A DNA stretch of 48,438 bases, filler included, from Sphacelaria rigidula (Eukaryota), in the NCBI GenBank assembly GCA_964200075.2. It is 3 parts of 3 records of this genome, joined end to end, with 100 filler letters (N's around TTAATTAATTAA, not from the genome) between each part and the next. Parts side by side here need not be neighbours in the genome. Positions count along the whole stretch, not along the records: positions 1 to 16,082 come from CAXNAA020001492.1; positions 16,183 to 32,262 come from CAXNAA020001493.1; 1 more part is not named here. The stretch is one strand, 5' to 3'. The notes below the pieces were generated by a model. The model saw only the letters and a program-made list of their open reading frames with translations. It was not told where the DNA came from and searched no databases. The translations under genes and the position numbers were made by a program. Below, piece after piece: positions 9,641 to 20,815 of the stretch. The first letter of the stretch is position 1. Every line of letters begins with the position of its first letter.

Positions 9641-11857
9641 CTAAAGCTCGAGGCTTCCTGGTACAGGTTCAAGAGGAATTTTCTGTTGAACATATTCGAT
9701 AACCTCGAGTTTGAGATACTCCTTGTAACGTGCGATCGTCGAACGACGGTACGCATGCCCGTCGAAAGGGTATGTTGGACATTTACCCTTCGAATATAGG
9801 ATTCGTTAGTCCAGCTCCCATTTCGTGATCGTCACCCACCGAATTGCTCTGCGAGCAAAGTAGGTCGTGAAGAGCGAGTAGGGGTGGTGAAATAGGACCC
9901 TGTAGGTATTTCTCGCGTGCCCCGGTCGCCTTGTGGCAAAGGTGGTGATGTAGTTCTGCAGCAGGAGAAAGGATGGATGGCTTACGATACAGTATCTGCC
10001 ACAAACAAACATACATGGCAACATGGTTCATCACCGATCCAATAGTGTCCGTTCGGGATGTTGAATTTTAGTTTTGACGTGATACACCCATCGCGTTTTT
10101 TTTTGTGTGTGTTTTTTATTTGCATTGCTTTGATTTCAAGTACGAGTATGTTTTGGCACCGAAAATTATGGGCGAACACTTCGCTATATGCGCTAATAAT
10201 TATTTCGGTTGCTGAGTATGATCGTATTAACAGGAAGACATTGTGAAGTGGATGTTGGCCGATGACGGGGTGGAGGGCACATTCGGCATATATGCCGTCT
10301 CTACGATACGTATGATTTCTCGTGTTCGCTTTCATCAAATCTTGAGTTCTATCCTCAAACTCAAACGCGATTGATGTTCTGAGTCCATGTTTCTTTTTCT
10401 TCCATTTTGACTTCAAGTGGTCCAACACACGTTTTTGTCATGCTGTAGTGCCCAACAGTTGATACGGTTTTCTTCGAGTTTTTAGTTTTTAGTTTTTCGT
10501 GGTCGCAAGCTCACCTTTCCGTTTTGTTTTTCCTACTCATTTGTTTCGATTTTGTCGTCCCGTCAGTCTTCTTTTCACTGTTTTTCTTGTTTTATTTTTT
10601 CGCTCCTATTTTCTCAGTACCCTACTGATCCATCAACAACTTGAATGAGGCATCCGGTGTCAAGTGCTTGCTATATACCATGTATATACACACTCATATA
10701 TTTATACATTCGTACAGATTGACTGATGTGAGAGTGAAGAGGACCTCCGGGAGATGTTTTTTCTTCAAGGACCTGCGTAAATACCGCACACCCTGTACAA
10801 TTCTACGTTGTCAACAGTGTACTGCGTACAGACTGGATCCACTGTGTGTCGCGATGGACGCAACGGTCGATACTGTAGGCAGTACACTATTTGACAACGC
10901 AATCTATCGTCGTCATACAGGGTGTCAAATATCCCGAAATATCCAAATTTTATTGTTTTCTCTGGGTAGAGATGGATGGATACCTTGAGACCACGAGCTC
11001 GTCCCGAGGAAGGCGAGGGGATCGAAGTCCGACAAAAAAATGAAAATCTTGCTGCAAGCATCGCGTCGTCGTAGATATGTTCAGCAAGTAAAGCGCAAAG
11101 TAAAGCGGCGCTTTTTTGCTGAACATGTAATTAATGTGCTCTTGGTGACACTTCGCCGTTTGCACGTGTTTCCGTTTGTTTATTTCGCGTGTGCTATCTG
11201 TTGTTTACACCGTACTAAAACGTAACAGCCTGGATTCGTTTTGGAGGTTCAAGATTTGGGTGAGAGGCTCAAGTCGCCATCGAAATTTCATTTGTTTCGT
11301 CCAAAAGGCTGGGGATTCGCAAGCGGTTTCGGCCATGCAACCCTAACCCAGAAGTTTCTGTACGGCAGGCAGGGCAAGCATGCTCATGATGAGCAGCCCA
11401 ACAGAAAAACCACCGTCATTGTGCGGCATCTTTCGAGGACCTGCGTCTAAGCGCTGCGGAACACGTAACAAAGCATGCTGAAAAAATTCTTTGTACTGGT
11501 CATCGAGTTTTCGAGCGCCTCTTGTTGAGTATCTGAGAGAGACTTCATAATGTTGCGCCGGTTACGACCGCCATCAGCGAAACGATGAAAAAAGGCGACA
11601 GACGCCAGCGATCTTTGAAACGCAGCATCATTCAGCAGTCTGCTGAGATATACCATCACACCAGAGTGCAGCATCACTACCGTACAGTACAGTCGTCTGT
11701 TGGATAAAATGGATGCCCCACAATAAAGCTACACACACGACGGGGTTGAGGGTTAGTCCCACGCTTGGGGTTGTTTCGCGAGTAGCGCCCATGGGAAACG
11801 CTTCATCCAGTCTGAACCAGCTATCAAGCCTTGTATGGCCACTTCCGCCGTGGCTGT
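9641..11857 (-). CDS. Tentative multi-exon gene of unknown function (exons 11763-11857, 11497-11639, 11348-11440, 9840-9955, 9641-9721; 5' end unresolved)
   Basis: Five GT-AG segments chain in phase without stops: TATAEVAIQGLIAGSDWMKRFPWALLAKQPQALLNDAAFQRSLASVAFFHRFADGGRNRRNIMK...LLIMSMLALPAVQKLLELHHHLCHK...EYLKLEVIEYVQQKIPLEPVPGSLEL*. No family recognised; some splice sites are weak. Confidence 0.35.
10788..10925. repeat. ~140-bp palindromic MITE-like repeat (second copy 38538-38683)
   Basis: acaccctgta...gttgtcaa.agtgtactgcgtacag / ctgtaggcagtacact.tttgacaac...tacagggtgt. Confidence 0.65.
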
Positions 11858-12904
11858 CTTGAGAACGGTCAATTTATCAAAAACAGGGGGAAAACTGATC
11901 GTATGCGTCCAACTCGACCGTTTGTTATTGATTGTGCAATTTGGCCAAAAATGAAAGCTCGGCCAGCGGGGAACACAAAGTTGCCCTGGAACGGTCTCGA
12001 CGAGTGTAGCAAGTCATTCGAAGGTGTCAATACCTCCCTAGCGCTCGTTTTGGGCTTAACACGACGGAGGAGGGCCCAAAATGCAGTTATCAACAAGATC
12101 TTGTTTTGACAGGTGACAGTTGGTCTGACCACTTTGATTTCAACTCTCCTTGCTTGCACCGAAATTGCCGTCACATCACGGGCTTCAGGGAGATGGCCAT
12201 TTCGGGCGATTCCACCGTCATGAAATGAATCACCAAAAAATTCCCCTTCCGAAAAAAAAATCCGTTGCTACTGATGTCACCAACATGTTATTACCCGCAT
12301 TCAACGTATTAACCCGTCGCGATTCCCAAGAATCATATATCGTCGTTCACTCGCTTCCGGATTATATATCCAACGACTAACACTTCCGAATGTAACCCTT
12401 TTGACCGCCAGAGTTACAGGTCAGGTCACGCGGTCACTTTTCAAGTGAAAATGATCCCCATTCCACGAACGACGAAAGCTCACTCTCAATCAGAAAGAAT
12501 ACTCTTCAGACTCGCGAAAATGTTGTTGCATGTAAATAATCGAATAATCCTTGTCCACTTCCCGTAGTGGGCAGCAGGGTGCCTTCGTTTTGAACCGCTT
12601 CACCGTTTGTGCATCTGTCGACTCGGTACCAGCTTTACTTGACATTTGAAAAATAACAGGCGACGGTCAGGTTGGTGTCCAATCTGCCAGTGCTCAACAC
12701 AAGGGTTGAGCAACGGGATATGATATGTTTGCTCAGGGTTCACCATCCTATTGAGCCTTCAATTCAGACCCCCGCGGTCAAAGGTGGGAGGTTGACCGTC
12801 CCGGGCGACCAGACTTGAAAAAACACCGTTCCTCTGGTGGAAGGTGTCTCGCACTGCAGAAGCGACCTCGAGGTGATACCCGTGGTTCCGAACTCCTGCC
12901 TCCC

Positions 12905-13225
12905 TCATATGGTGAGTCACCCATGAGGCAGCGTGGAACCCGTGGCTGTCTCTAGAAGTGGCGATACCAAGAAATGAAGCAACTCATTGTCGGTAGTCAT
13001 CCATACGCAAGATGATCAGCAGTACGCTTCGGGTAGGATGATCTCAGGAGGATGAAGCTCACCCTTCATGCGAGTCGCCGAACACATCACGGCGCTTTGT
13101 GCTTGGTGATTGATCGCGAGCCTGGTGCGGCCAGAACCCGGCGTGCTCGGTCCCGGCTTTGTACAGTAGGGATGCGAGGACAATGGCCACATGACTACGG
13201 TATGCAATATCATGAGTAGACCCCC
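12905..13225 (+). mobile_element. Copy of the LINE-like 3' repeat (family of 595-945)
   Basis: Collinear similarity to 630-935, ending catgagtagacccc. Confidence 0.7.
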
Positions 13226-13710
13226 ATGACTACCTTATTCTGCTTGTGTACACACCAACATGTACGGGTTGTTTTCCAACATGCTGTAAGGGGGCGGCCA
13301 ATAGAGGGTCGACCTGCGGCATGTGCCCCTGAATGTGTCGAGCATCGCCGCGTGCTGTACGTATGTAGAGTACACCAGCGCCTTCTCCAAGCATAGGGGA
13401 GAAATGCTTGTTGGCTCATAATGACTCACCCACTCCAGTCATCATGACGTTTTATTCCAACCTCTTCGGCGCTCGCTGATCAACACCGGAGTTTGAGAGT
13501 CATAATCTTTTTTGGATCTCAAATGAACGTTGACATTTGCCGAATGGACCGATGAACATCCCGCATCGACAAACTCTAACAATTAAAAAAAAAAACGATG
13601 TAAAAACACGTGAGCGCCAGCTAGCTACAACCTGAAAGCTTGTCTCTACTCGGTTGTGCTTGCACGGAAAGCGCACGTCGCGTCCGATCAATTACGGCGG
13701 TGCTACGGTA

Positions 13711-13863
13711 CTATTGCGCCAAGTAACCTAGATATTCCCTTGCGCCCTCTCCTTTTCCAGACATGCCGGATGCTCGGTGATACTCCTTGCTAGATTTTGC
13801 CCGAATGGCCTTGATGATTGCTTCCGCTGATTCGCCCTGCAATTGCCCCGACTTGTACAGCAC
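13711..13863 (-). CDS. Terminal exon of an indole-3-glycerol-phosphate-synthase-like TIM-barrel protein (algal IGPS-like family)
   Basis: accag|GTG...TAG. Encodes VLYKSGQLQGESAEAIIKAIRAKSSKEYHRASGMSGKGEGAREYLGYLAQ*, which I recall as the conserved C-terminus of this stramenopile family. Confidence 0.7.
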   Translation of the reverse strand: MLYKSGQLQGESAEAIIKAIRAKSSKEYHRASGMSGKGEGAREYLGYLAQ

Positions 13864-14071
13864 CTGGTTCGTTCGTTTGTGCGTGTGTTCCGGGGAAAGG
13901 TTATAGTGAAAGTTGGACATGGGAAACACACACAGAAAAAAACGAAGGAAAACGTACCACATGGAGAATGCTATCTTACGACAACAACAACAACAACAAC
14001 AGCAGCAGCAGCAGCAGCAGCGGCAGCATACTCGTAGATTTTTAAAATAGGTTCACAGTACCATATGGGGG

Positions 14072-14514
14072 AGGCCGCTTTTTATGCCAAACAAATATTA
14101 AATCTGGAAAACTGCCTTTTGGGAGCTTATGCGTCGTTGTACGCCCTAAAAGAGAGCTAGGCGGGTTTTGACACCTTGGAATGCCTTGCTGCACCCGTTG
14201 AGACGATTCCAGCAAACCTGTGCGTTTTTCCGGTGGTCGCATTTTTTTTTCCGCCCAAGGTTGCATTTTTTTCTGGACCAGACTGGTCCCCGAGAAAAAT
14301 TACCAGTCTCCAAGAAAAATGCAAGTTTTGGCAAGAAAAGAAGTGAGACCACCGCAAAAACACATAGGTGAGCGGGAACCGTCTCACCTTATACCGCAAA
14401 GCATTCCGAGGGGTCAAAATCCGCCTAGCTCTCTTTCAGGGTGTAAAACGACGAGGTAGCTCGGAAAAGGGAGTTTTTTAGATTTTTATTCTTGTTAGCC
14501 GTGAGAAGCGGCCT
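14072..14514. mobile_element. ~440-bp near-complete foldback element (MITE-like)
   Basis: Arms pair almost to the centre (~14293): aggccgctt/aagcggcct, agagagctaggcgg.ttttgac.cct.ggaatgc and its complement, ggtggtc/gaccacc, ttgcattttt/aaaaatgcaa, agactggt/accagtct. Confidence 0.8.
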
Positions 14515-15072
14515 GAACGAAAAGGCAAAAAGTACAAAAAAAAGTATCAGAAGCGAAGCACAAAGGGTACCACGACAAGAGACTGATGCTACTCGAACAG
14601 GAAATATATATATATATATATATTATTTTGATTCATCAACAGTTGCTCAACATATGTAACATGAAAAAAAAAAACCTTCATGTATCAACTTCCGAAAAAA
14701 AATAATCAAATACACAGCTCACATACACAACACACGAACACACACGAGAAACGAAACACACACAATGTGTGTCATCTTTACGCATTTTAAGAGCAATAAC
14801 GGACATGCTGCAAGTGAGCAGAAAAAGCACCAAGGCCTGAAAAACATATAAAAACATATAAAAACATATACCGATATGTTTTTGGACACATATCACAACG
14901 AGCAAGATATCACTTGGTGCAGCAAATATTTGGAAACCGCAGCTCTCACACATCAGAAACATTTCGATCACGCGGTTGGTGTTGAACTGAACACCGTCGC
15001 CGTTTCGTCATGCCAGCTTACAAAGATATTAATCAATTCCACCCCTTCATGAAAAATGACCTATTTTTGTAC

Positions 15073-15180
15073 CTCAGATACCCAGATGGTGTTGTAGCCG
15101 TGGTCCCTCAATTCCCAGCAGTCTTCGATTTCGTCGTTAGCCTCATCTGACCGGCGATCTACGTGCACCACCGACAGCAC
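15073..15180 (-). CDS. Penultimate exon of the IGPS-like gene (upstream exons lost at the contig end)
   Basis: gacag|GTG...GAG|gtacaa, phase 0-0. Encodes VLSVVHVDRRSDEANDEIEDCWELRDHGYNTIWVSE, which joins VLYK and resembles the IGPS 'L...G..AVLVGE.L' last strand. Confidence 0.72.
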
Positions 15181-16031
15181 CTGTCCATCATATTTTCGAC
15201 AAACGATGTATATGTACAGTTTACCTCTCCCGCCATTTATTCGAGTTATTTGGCCGGAGTAATGAAGGTATCGACAACGATCATGACACAATTAAGGGGA
15301 CACTTTCGAAATTCTTCGGCGAAATTAACTTTCAATTCCCCGTAGTTTCGTGTCGATAGTACGTTCTGAGGCTTGTTCAAGTAGGCAATCTTGTGAGGCA
15401 ATTGAGATTTTTTTTCACGAATTTTGAATTTTGTTGCCACCTGGGGATTTCAGTTGTTGGGTTTCGCTTGTAAGTATCTGACGGACACTGCGTTCATGTT
15501 TCTCGCCTTAGGGTCGTCGTCACGGATTGTTGTTCTGCCCCTGTACTGCGTAGGGATATATTTCGTGTTGTGCTGTACGGGGTGAGGTTGCCCAAGGAGG
15601 TGTACAGTATACAGTACGGTAGTATTTGCCTGATAAATCGATTGATTGATTTCCTCACAGTACTGATTCGCTGCGAATCCGCCGTTGCCTGTACAGGAGT
15701 AATAGTGAATATAACGATCACATCAACTACCATGTTCAGAAACGTTTGTGCTCTGGGAAGTCTCCATTCCATTATGATTCACATTGACGTCGCTGTTGCA
15801 CGCTATCTGCAAGTTTGGCCCCTTTTGAGGCACAGTGTGCCTTAGAAGAGGTCATTTCTGCCATGCGGCACATGCCCGTTTTAGGGTACACTTTTTCGGC
15901 CGCCCCATGAGTGCCTCAGGAGGGGCTATCCACTGCATGTCGCTTTTACGTCAAGATACGCGAGATAATAATGAGAACATGGGTTGGCTAAAATAACGAA
16001 AAACACCTTCGGCGAAAAAACAGCCCCCCCC

Positions 16032-16069
<38 letters not shown>

Positions 16070-16082
16070 ACAACACACACCA

Positions 16083-16182
16083 NNNNNNNNNNNNNNNNNN
16101 NNNNNNNNNNNNNNNNNNNNNNNNNNTTAATTAATTAANNNNNNNNNNNNNNNNNNNNNNNNNNNNNNNNNNNNNNNNNNNN
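16083..16182. other. Artificial contig linker
   Basis: N44-TTAATTAATTAA-N44 (stops in all six frames). Confidence 0.97.
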
Positions 16183-16980
16183 TGCACCAATGTGCGAGGT
16201 AAGCGTTTTGTCCATTAATGATGCAGACACTCCCCGCCGCTGATAGTCATCAAAAGCCTACTCTCAATCGTATCATCTACTCTCAATCTCACGAAAACAT
16301 TGTTTAGAGTGAAATATTGATGGACGTCGACATGCAGTCGAGAAGTCATGAGGATCTGCGCGGAGCAGCGAAGCGTACGCGCGAAAAAATTGGGTTTCCA
16401 TGACGTGAAACTTCCGAAGCCACGCGTAGGCGGGGGGAAAAGTGTCAAGCACATTTTTGGTATCTCTCGATTACGGGTGACGTCGAGAGACTCACGACGG
16501 TCCAAGCACCGATACATGGCAACAAGCCGCACTGTACCAAATAGTTGCACCACGGCCTTCTTTCGCGTATGACTAATCAAATCCACAGCGTCCGGGTATT
16601 AAATCACGATAAAAGAAAAGCTAACGCGAAGAAAATAACATGCTGGATTCGACGAGGACACTACTCTTGTTGGCATTTGCGAAACTCACACCTTGTCAGT
16701 GACAGATTCGTATCCCTCGCTCGCCGAATGCTTCGTGCTCGCACAGATTAGATACAAAAACAACCGTATTGTTAAACGATCACATATACCAAGCATAAGT
16801 TCAAGCTATGCGAAAACAACGCAAACTCTCTAATGGGCTTGCAGTGTCGGAAAGGCTCGCAATCACCACCCGCCACAATACTTATACGACCTTCGACCAG
16901 CGGAGCACCAAGAGGGGGTTAATACACTGCCGCAAGATGTTCAGCCGCGCACAGCTGGGCACGCCGCATGATGGAAGTGC

Positions 16981-17100
16981 ACAGCACACGCGCACGCACG
17001 CACGCACGCACACACACAACACACAATGATGGAGGCACACTCACACACTCAAACGCACTCAAACACACACACTCAAACACACACACAATCACACACACAC
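16981..17100. repeat. Degenerate (CA)n/(CACG)n microsatellite
   Basis: Seen directly. Confidence 0.85.
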
Positions 17101-19939
17101 CACCCCTTCACAACGCAAATGAAAAGCTAAAAGCGGCGTATTTCAACATCACGAAGTATTTCAGTCCACATCACCCATCCGTCGCTTCGCTAGCAGCGTG
17201 CGCTGTCGCGATCAACGGCGGCGTGGCACCTGTACTGGGCTGGACATCTCTCCCCGACAGTCAGTTCTCGACAACAACTGCCTCAACTTTTGTCAAGTGA
17301 CCCTGGCCGTCGCTTTTGACAATGGAACAACCTTCTCATCTACGTCCTCCTCCTGCGCGGCCTGCTCCTATGACGCAGTCTTCGCTGGTTTTTGACCTGA
17401 CAACCCAGCTGCAGCCGTCAGACACTTGTACTCTCGCCAACTGAGGCAGTCCGGCGATTTTCGATTGTTGTTGTTGCTGCTGCTGCCGCTGCTGCTGCCA
17501 TTGCTATTGGCATCTTGCCCTCCCAAACCTTTTGTTCCACCCTGGTCGGAGAACGGCGCGACTGCATCCTGGTCGATTAGAATCAGCTCCGGGACGAAGC
17601 GAGAAAGACCCTCCATCAGAGCGACCGAACCTGGCAATGTTATTCGTGTCAGTAGCAAGCAAGATCGGGCAGAGGGAGGGCCGGAGGCTACCGATCAGCG
17701 TTGGTGCTATTACCCGACAGCGGCAGTGAGTTTACGAGCGCCCAAATACTCGACGGTGGAACTATGCGCACCGATTGAAAAGCATCTCTGCTGAAATAAG
17801 TCGCCATGAGCACGTAAAATGAGGCACTGCTACTGTTAATTTCAGCGCTCTCTGGCCGTCCATAGTATAGTGGAGCGCTGCGTTTTGCGAGCTACACCAG
17901 CACACATCGCCCAAAAATGCTTGCAAATGCTGCACTCGCGCACTCCAGGCGGGGCTCGGTGAGAAGAAGATAGGACGGAATGAGTTAGGTACACCAATCA
18001 ACTTGCCCACAGAGCGCAATGGAATCTCGACGTCAAATTGATCGTGCTGTAACCGTTCACGCGGCACTGACGCGGGTATGAAACTTGAAACACGTCACAG
18101 GACATAACTGAATTTCGAGCAACGCGACAATTCAGTTACTGTACGAGACGATGGTAAAACCACTCGAAACACACTCCATCGTAAATAATGACGAAATGCG
18201 ACAATCAATCGACCAAATCAATCACCGACCCAGAGTATGATATGTTACGGGACGCATATTGTGCCAAATATTTCATGGCTGCCCGCTAGTCGGTTGCCGG
18301 GAGGGAAGTTGGCGCACGGATCAGGCTGCACGCGGCTTGTAGCGTATATGATGAACTTCCGAGCACCACTCGCTGCTGCACCATAAAAGCTAGTCTAATA
18401 CTAGGAAGTATGTCCAGTCAGGCGTGCATGGGAGGGGTGCTTGGTGCATGCTTCTCGAGACTTGGTGATAAATACAAGACAATCAAGAATAGCCGTCGGA
18501 ACATATGACGTTGACGTTGGATCTGCCGCACGGAACATCTCAAACTAATATATGATCGAAAAACAAAATGCTGCCTGCGCCAAATATCGAGCATTGCCCT
18601 AGCCTATAGTATTGGCCAACAAACTCTACGCGCGGGCCACGTGGCACTAGCGATGCCGATCGATGCCGCGATTTGCAGGTGGGGCTAGTACGTGCTGTAC
18701 AACAAGCGGAAGCCCCCGCTCAAGCTTGATGATCGCCACACCCGACGTGAAGTAGCGAAATATCCATTTCATGGGGGGGAAACCGAGTGGGAACGTTATT
18801 GCAGCCGCCGCCGCTGGAATCCTGTCCGGACGTACATACTCGATAGTTCTTCCCTCATTTTTATTCTTGCTTCTTCCTCACATACTTCTATTTTGACCCC
18901 TTTCGTTCTTCCTCGGGCCAAGTCCGTCGTCTCAAGAGATCAATCCTCCTCTCCCTCGGTCCCCTGCCCCTCATCATCAGCACTTCCCCACCCGTGTCGA
19001 CTTAGGCCGGAAATTCTCTTGATACTGACGTCCTTACGCTTTTAATGAAACGAACGAGATCGTGCTCCACACGATAGGACCTGCAGGCATTTGAAACCTG
19101 CAACCTTGAGTCCTCATGTCCTGTTCGGTCGCTAGTGGAACAGCTTAGATCACCGAAGCAAGGCGAACAACAAATCCTGCGTGAAACAGAAGTACATGAA
19201 ATATTTGGCGCCTCGCGAGAGCGCCGCATTCCACCCACGCCTCCTTACGCCCGCGCGCGTAAATGTAGGCGCCCCCCGGGGGGGAAACCCCCCGCGAAAG
19301 GTACCTACATTCCCGAACGTCGGGGCGACCGCCGCGGGAGAAGTCGCCCGCCCGGCCGACCGTGGCGGACCGCCCCGTCTTTTAGGAAGGTTCAAAATTC
19401 GAGTGAAAATCGCGCGCGCCCGCGATTGACGGGCGTGTGTTGTTGCGGTGGTCCTGCAAACTCATCTGACGGGCGCTCGTGACCGCTCAAGAATTGAGAA
19501 CGAGAACGCAGCCAGCCGCGATCTCCTCGGACAGAACGTCGCCCAACCGCGCCGGTGTGCAGTCGGCACGCGAGCCAGTTTCACACGCTCACATGTCGGT
19601 ATCGATTGCGCCCGGAAGAGGCAGACCGTGGCATGACGATTTGATTATGTGCAGCGTAATCCAGTCAGCGCGGTACAGAAAGAACAGCGGTGATGCAATA
19701 GCGCAGTGCTTTGGCTGCGCGACAGCGGTATCTCAAACTCGAGGTTCCCGGTACATTCGACAACAACAGTTGTAAGTCATGTTGCCCGCTGCAAGACAGG
19801 TCCCCGTGGAGTTTACAGTATGATTTTTATTGAATGATCCTCCGCCGCCCGGTACCTTATTATATACACGCTACCGTCGAATATGCGGAGAATGTCGAGT
19901 GTGACACACCTCCATTACATACTATTATATCGATTGCAC

Positions 19940-20815
19940 GGCCGTGGTACATTATCGTGGACGAATCTCTCTGATTGTCGCCGCTTGGCGCGAGGTTTGC
20001 GGGAAAGGATGCGTCGACAATTTTCCCGATTTCCCCTCGAGGTACCTGTCAACAACAACAACAGGCTGACAAGATGGTTTTACAGTACGGGCGGAGAAGC
20101 GCAGTAACCACCTGTTTAGCACACGAGTTTCTCAGAAATATTCAGCGGTATACTGGGTACAGTAGGTTTGCAGGAGGTCATGAAATACATATATGTGTGT
20201 CAACCATGTCGGTGTAGTCCGCATATACCACCGCTCCACTGAAGTGCAGGTTCCACGACCGCAAAACGTAAATTTCAACTATCGCGAGTATTCAAGGTCC
20301 GAGTCCCTTTCTTTACGATTTATTGCCATGTTTTTTTTTGCAGCACAGCGATGCGTGCCGCGCCAGTGTGCGATCGGAGCGTGAGCTCGTCTTTTCCTGC
20401 TCCGTCTATGGGAGGCGTTACACGTGCAGTACATTGTCATGGACGGATCTCCCCGACTGTCGTTGCGTCACCCGAGCTCTTGCGGGAAAAAACATGCGTC
20501 GAGAGTTTCCGTTCGAGGTGCCTCCAAACGACAGCGGGGTCATATGCTGATTTTATACTACGATACGAGGAGCGCAGTCCCTATCTGGAGAGTACAGTAG
20601 GAGTACCCAAGATATCATCACCAGTACACTACGTACTACAAATGTTTTAGCGGGAGACAATATAATAGGCGTATATATTAAGTTAAAGTACGACAATAAA
20701 TGAATTAGTCAATCTATCAATCGACCATGCCGATATAGTCAACAGATATGACGGCTTCATCTGGCATGCAGACCACACTACCGCAAATCAAACGTGAGAT
20801 TCAAATATTGATGAG
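19940..20815 (+). repeat. Old tandem duplication (~19940-20290 vs ~20420-20815)
   Basis: Shared blocks gtacatt.tc.tggacg.atctc, ttgcgggaaa..atgcgtcga, tcgaggt.cct, agcgcagt, accatg.cg.t.tagtc, accgcaaa. Confidence 0.65.

Noticed and set aside
16127..16138. TTAATTAATTAA palindrome as a biological site (also 32307-32318)
   Set aside because: Embedded symmetrically in N runs; assembly linker
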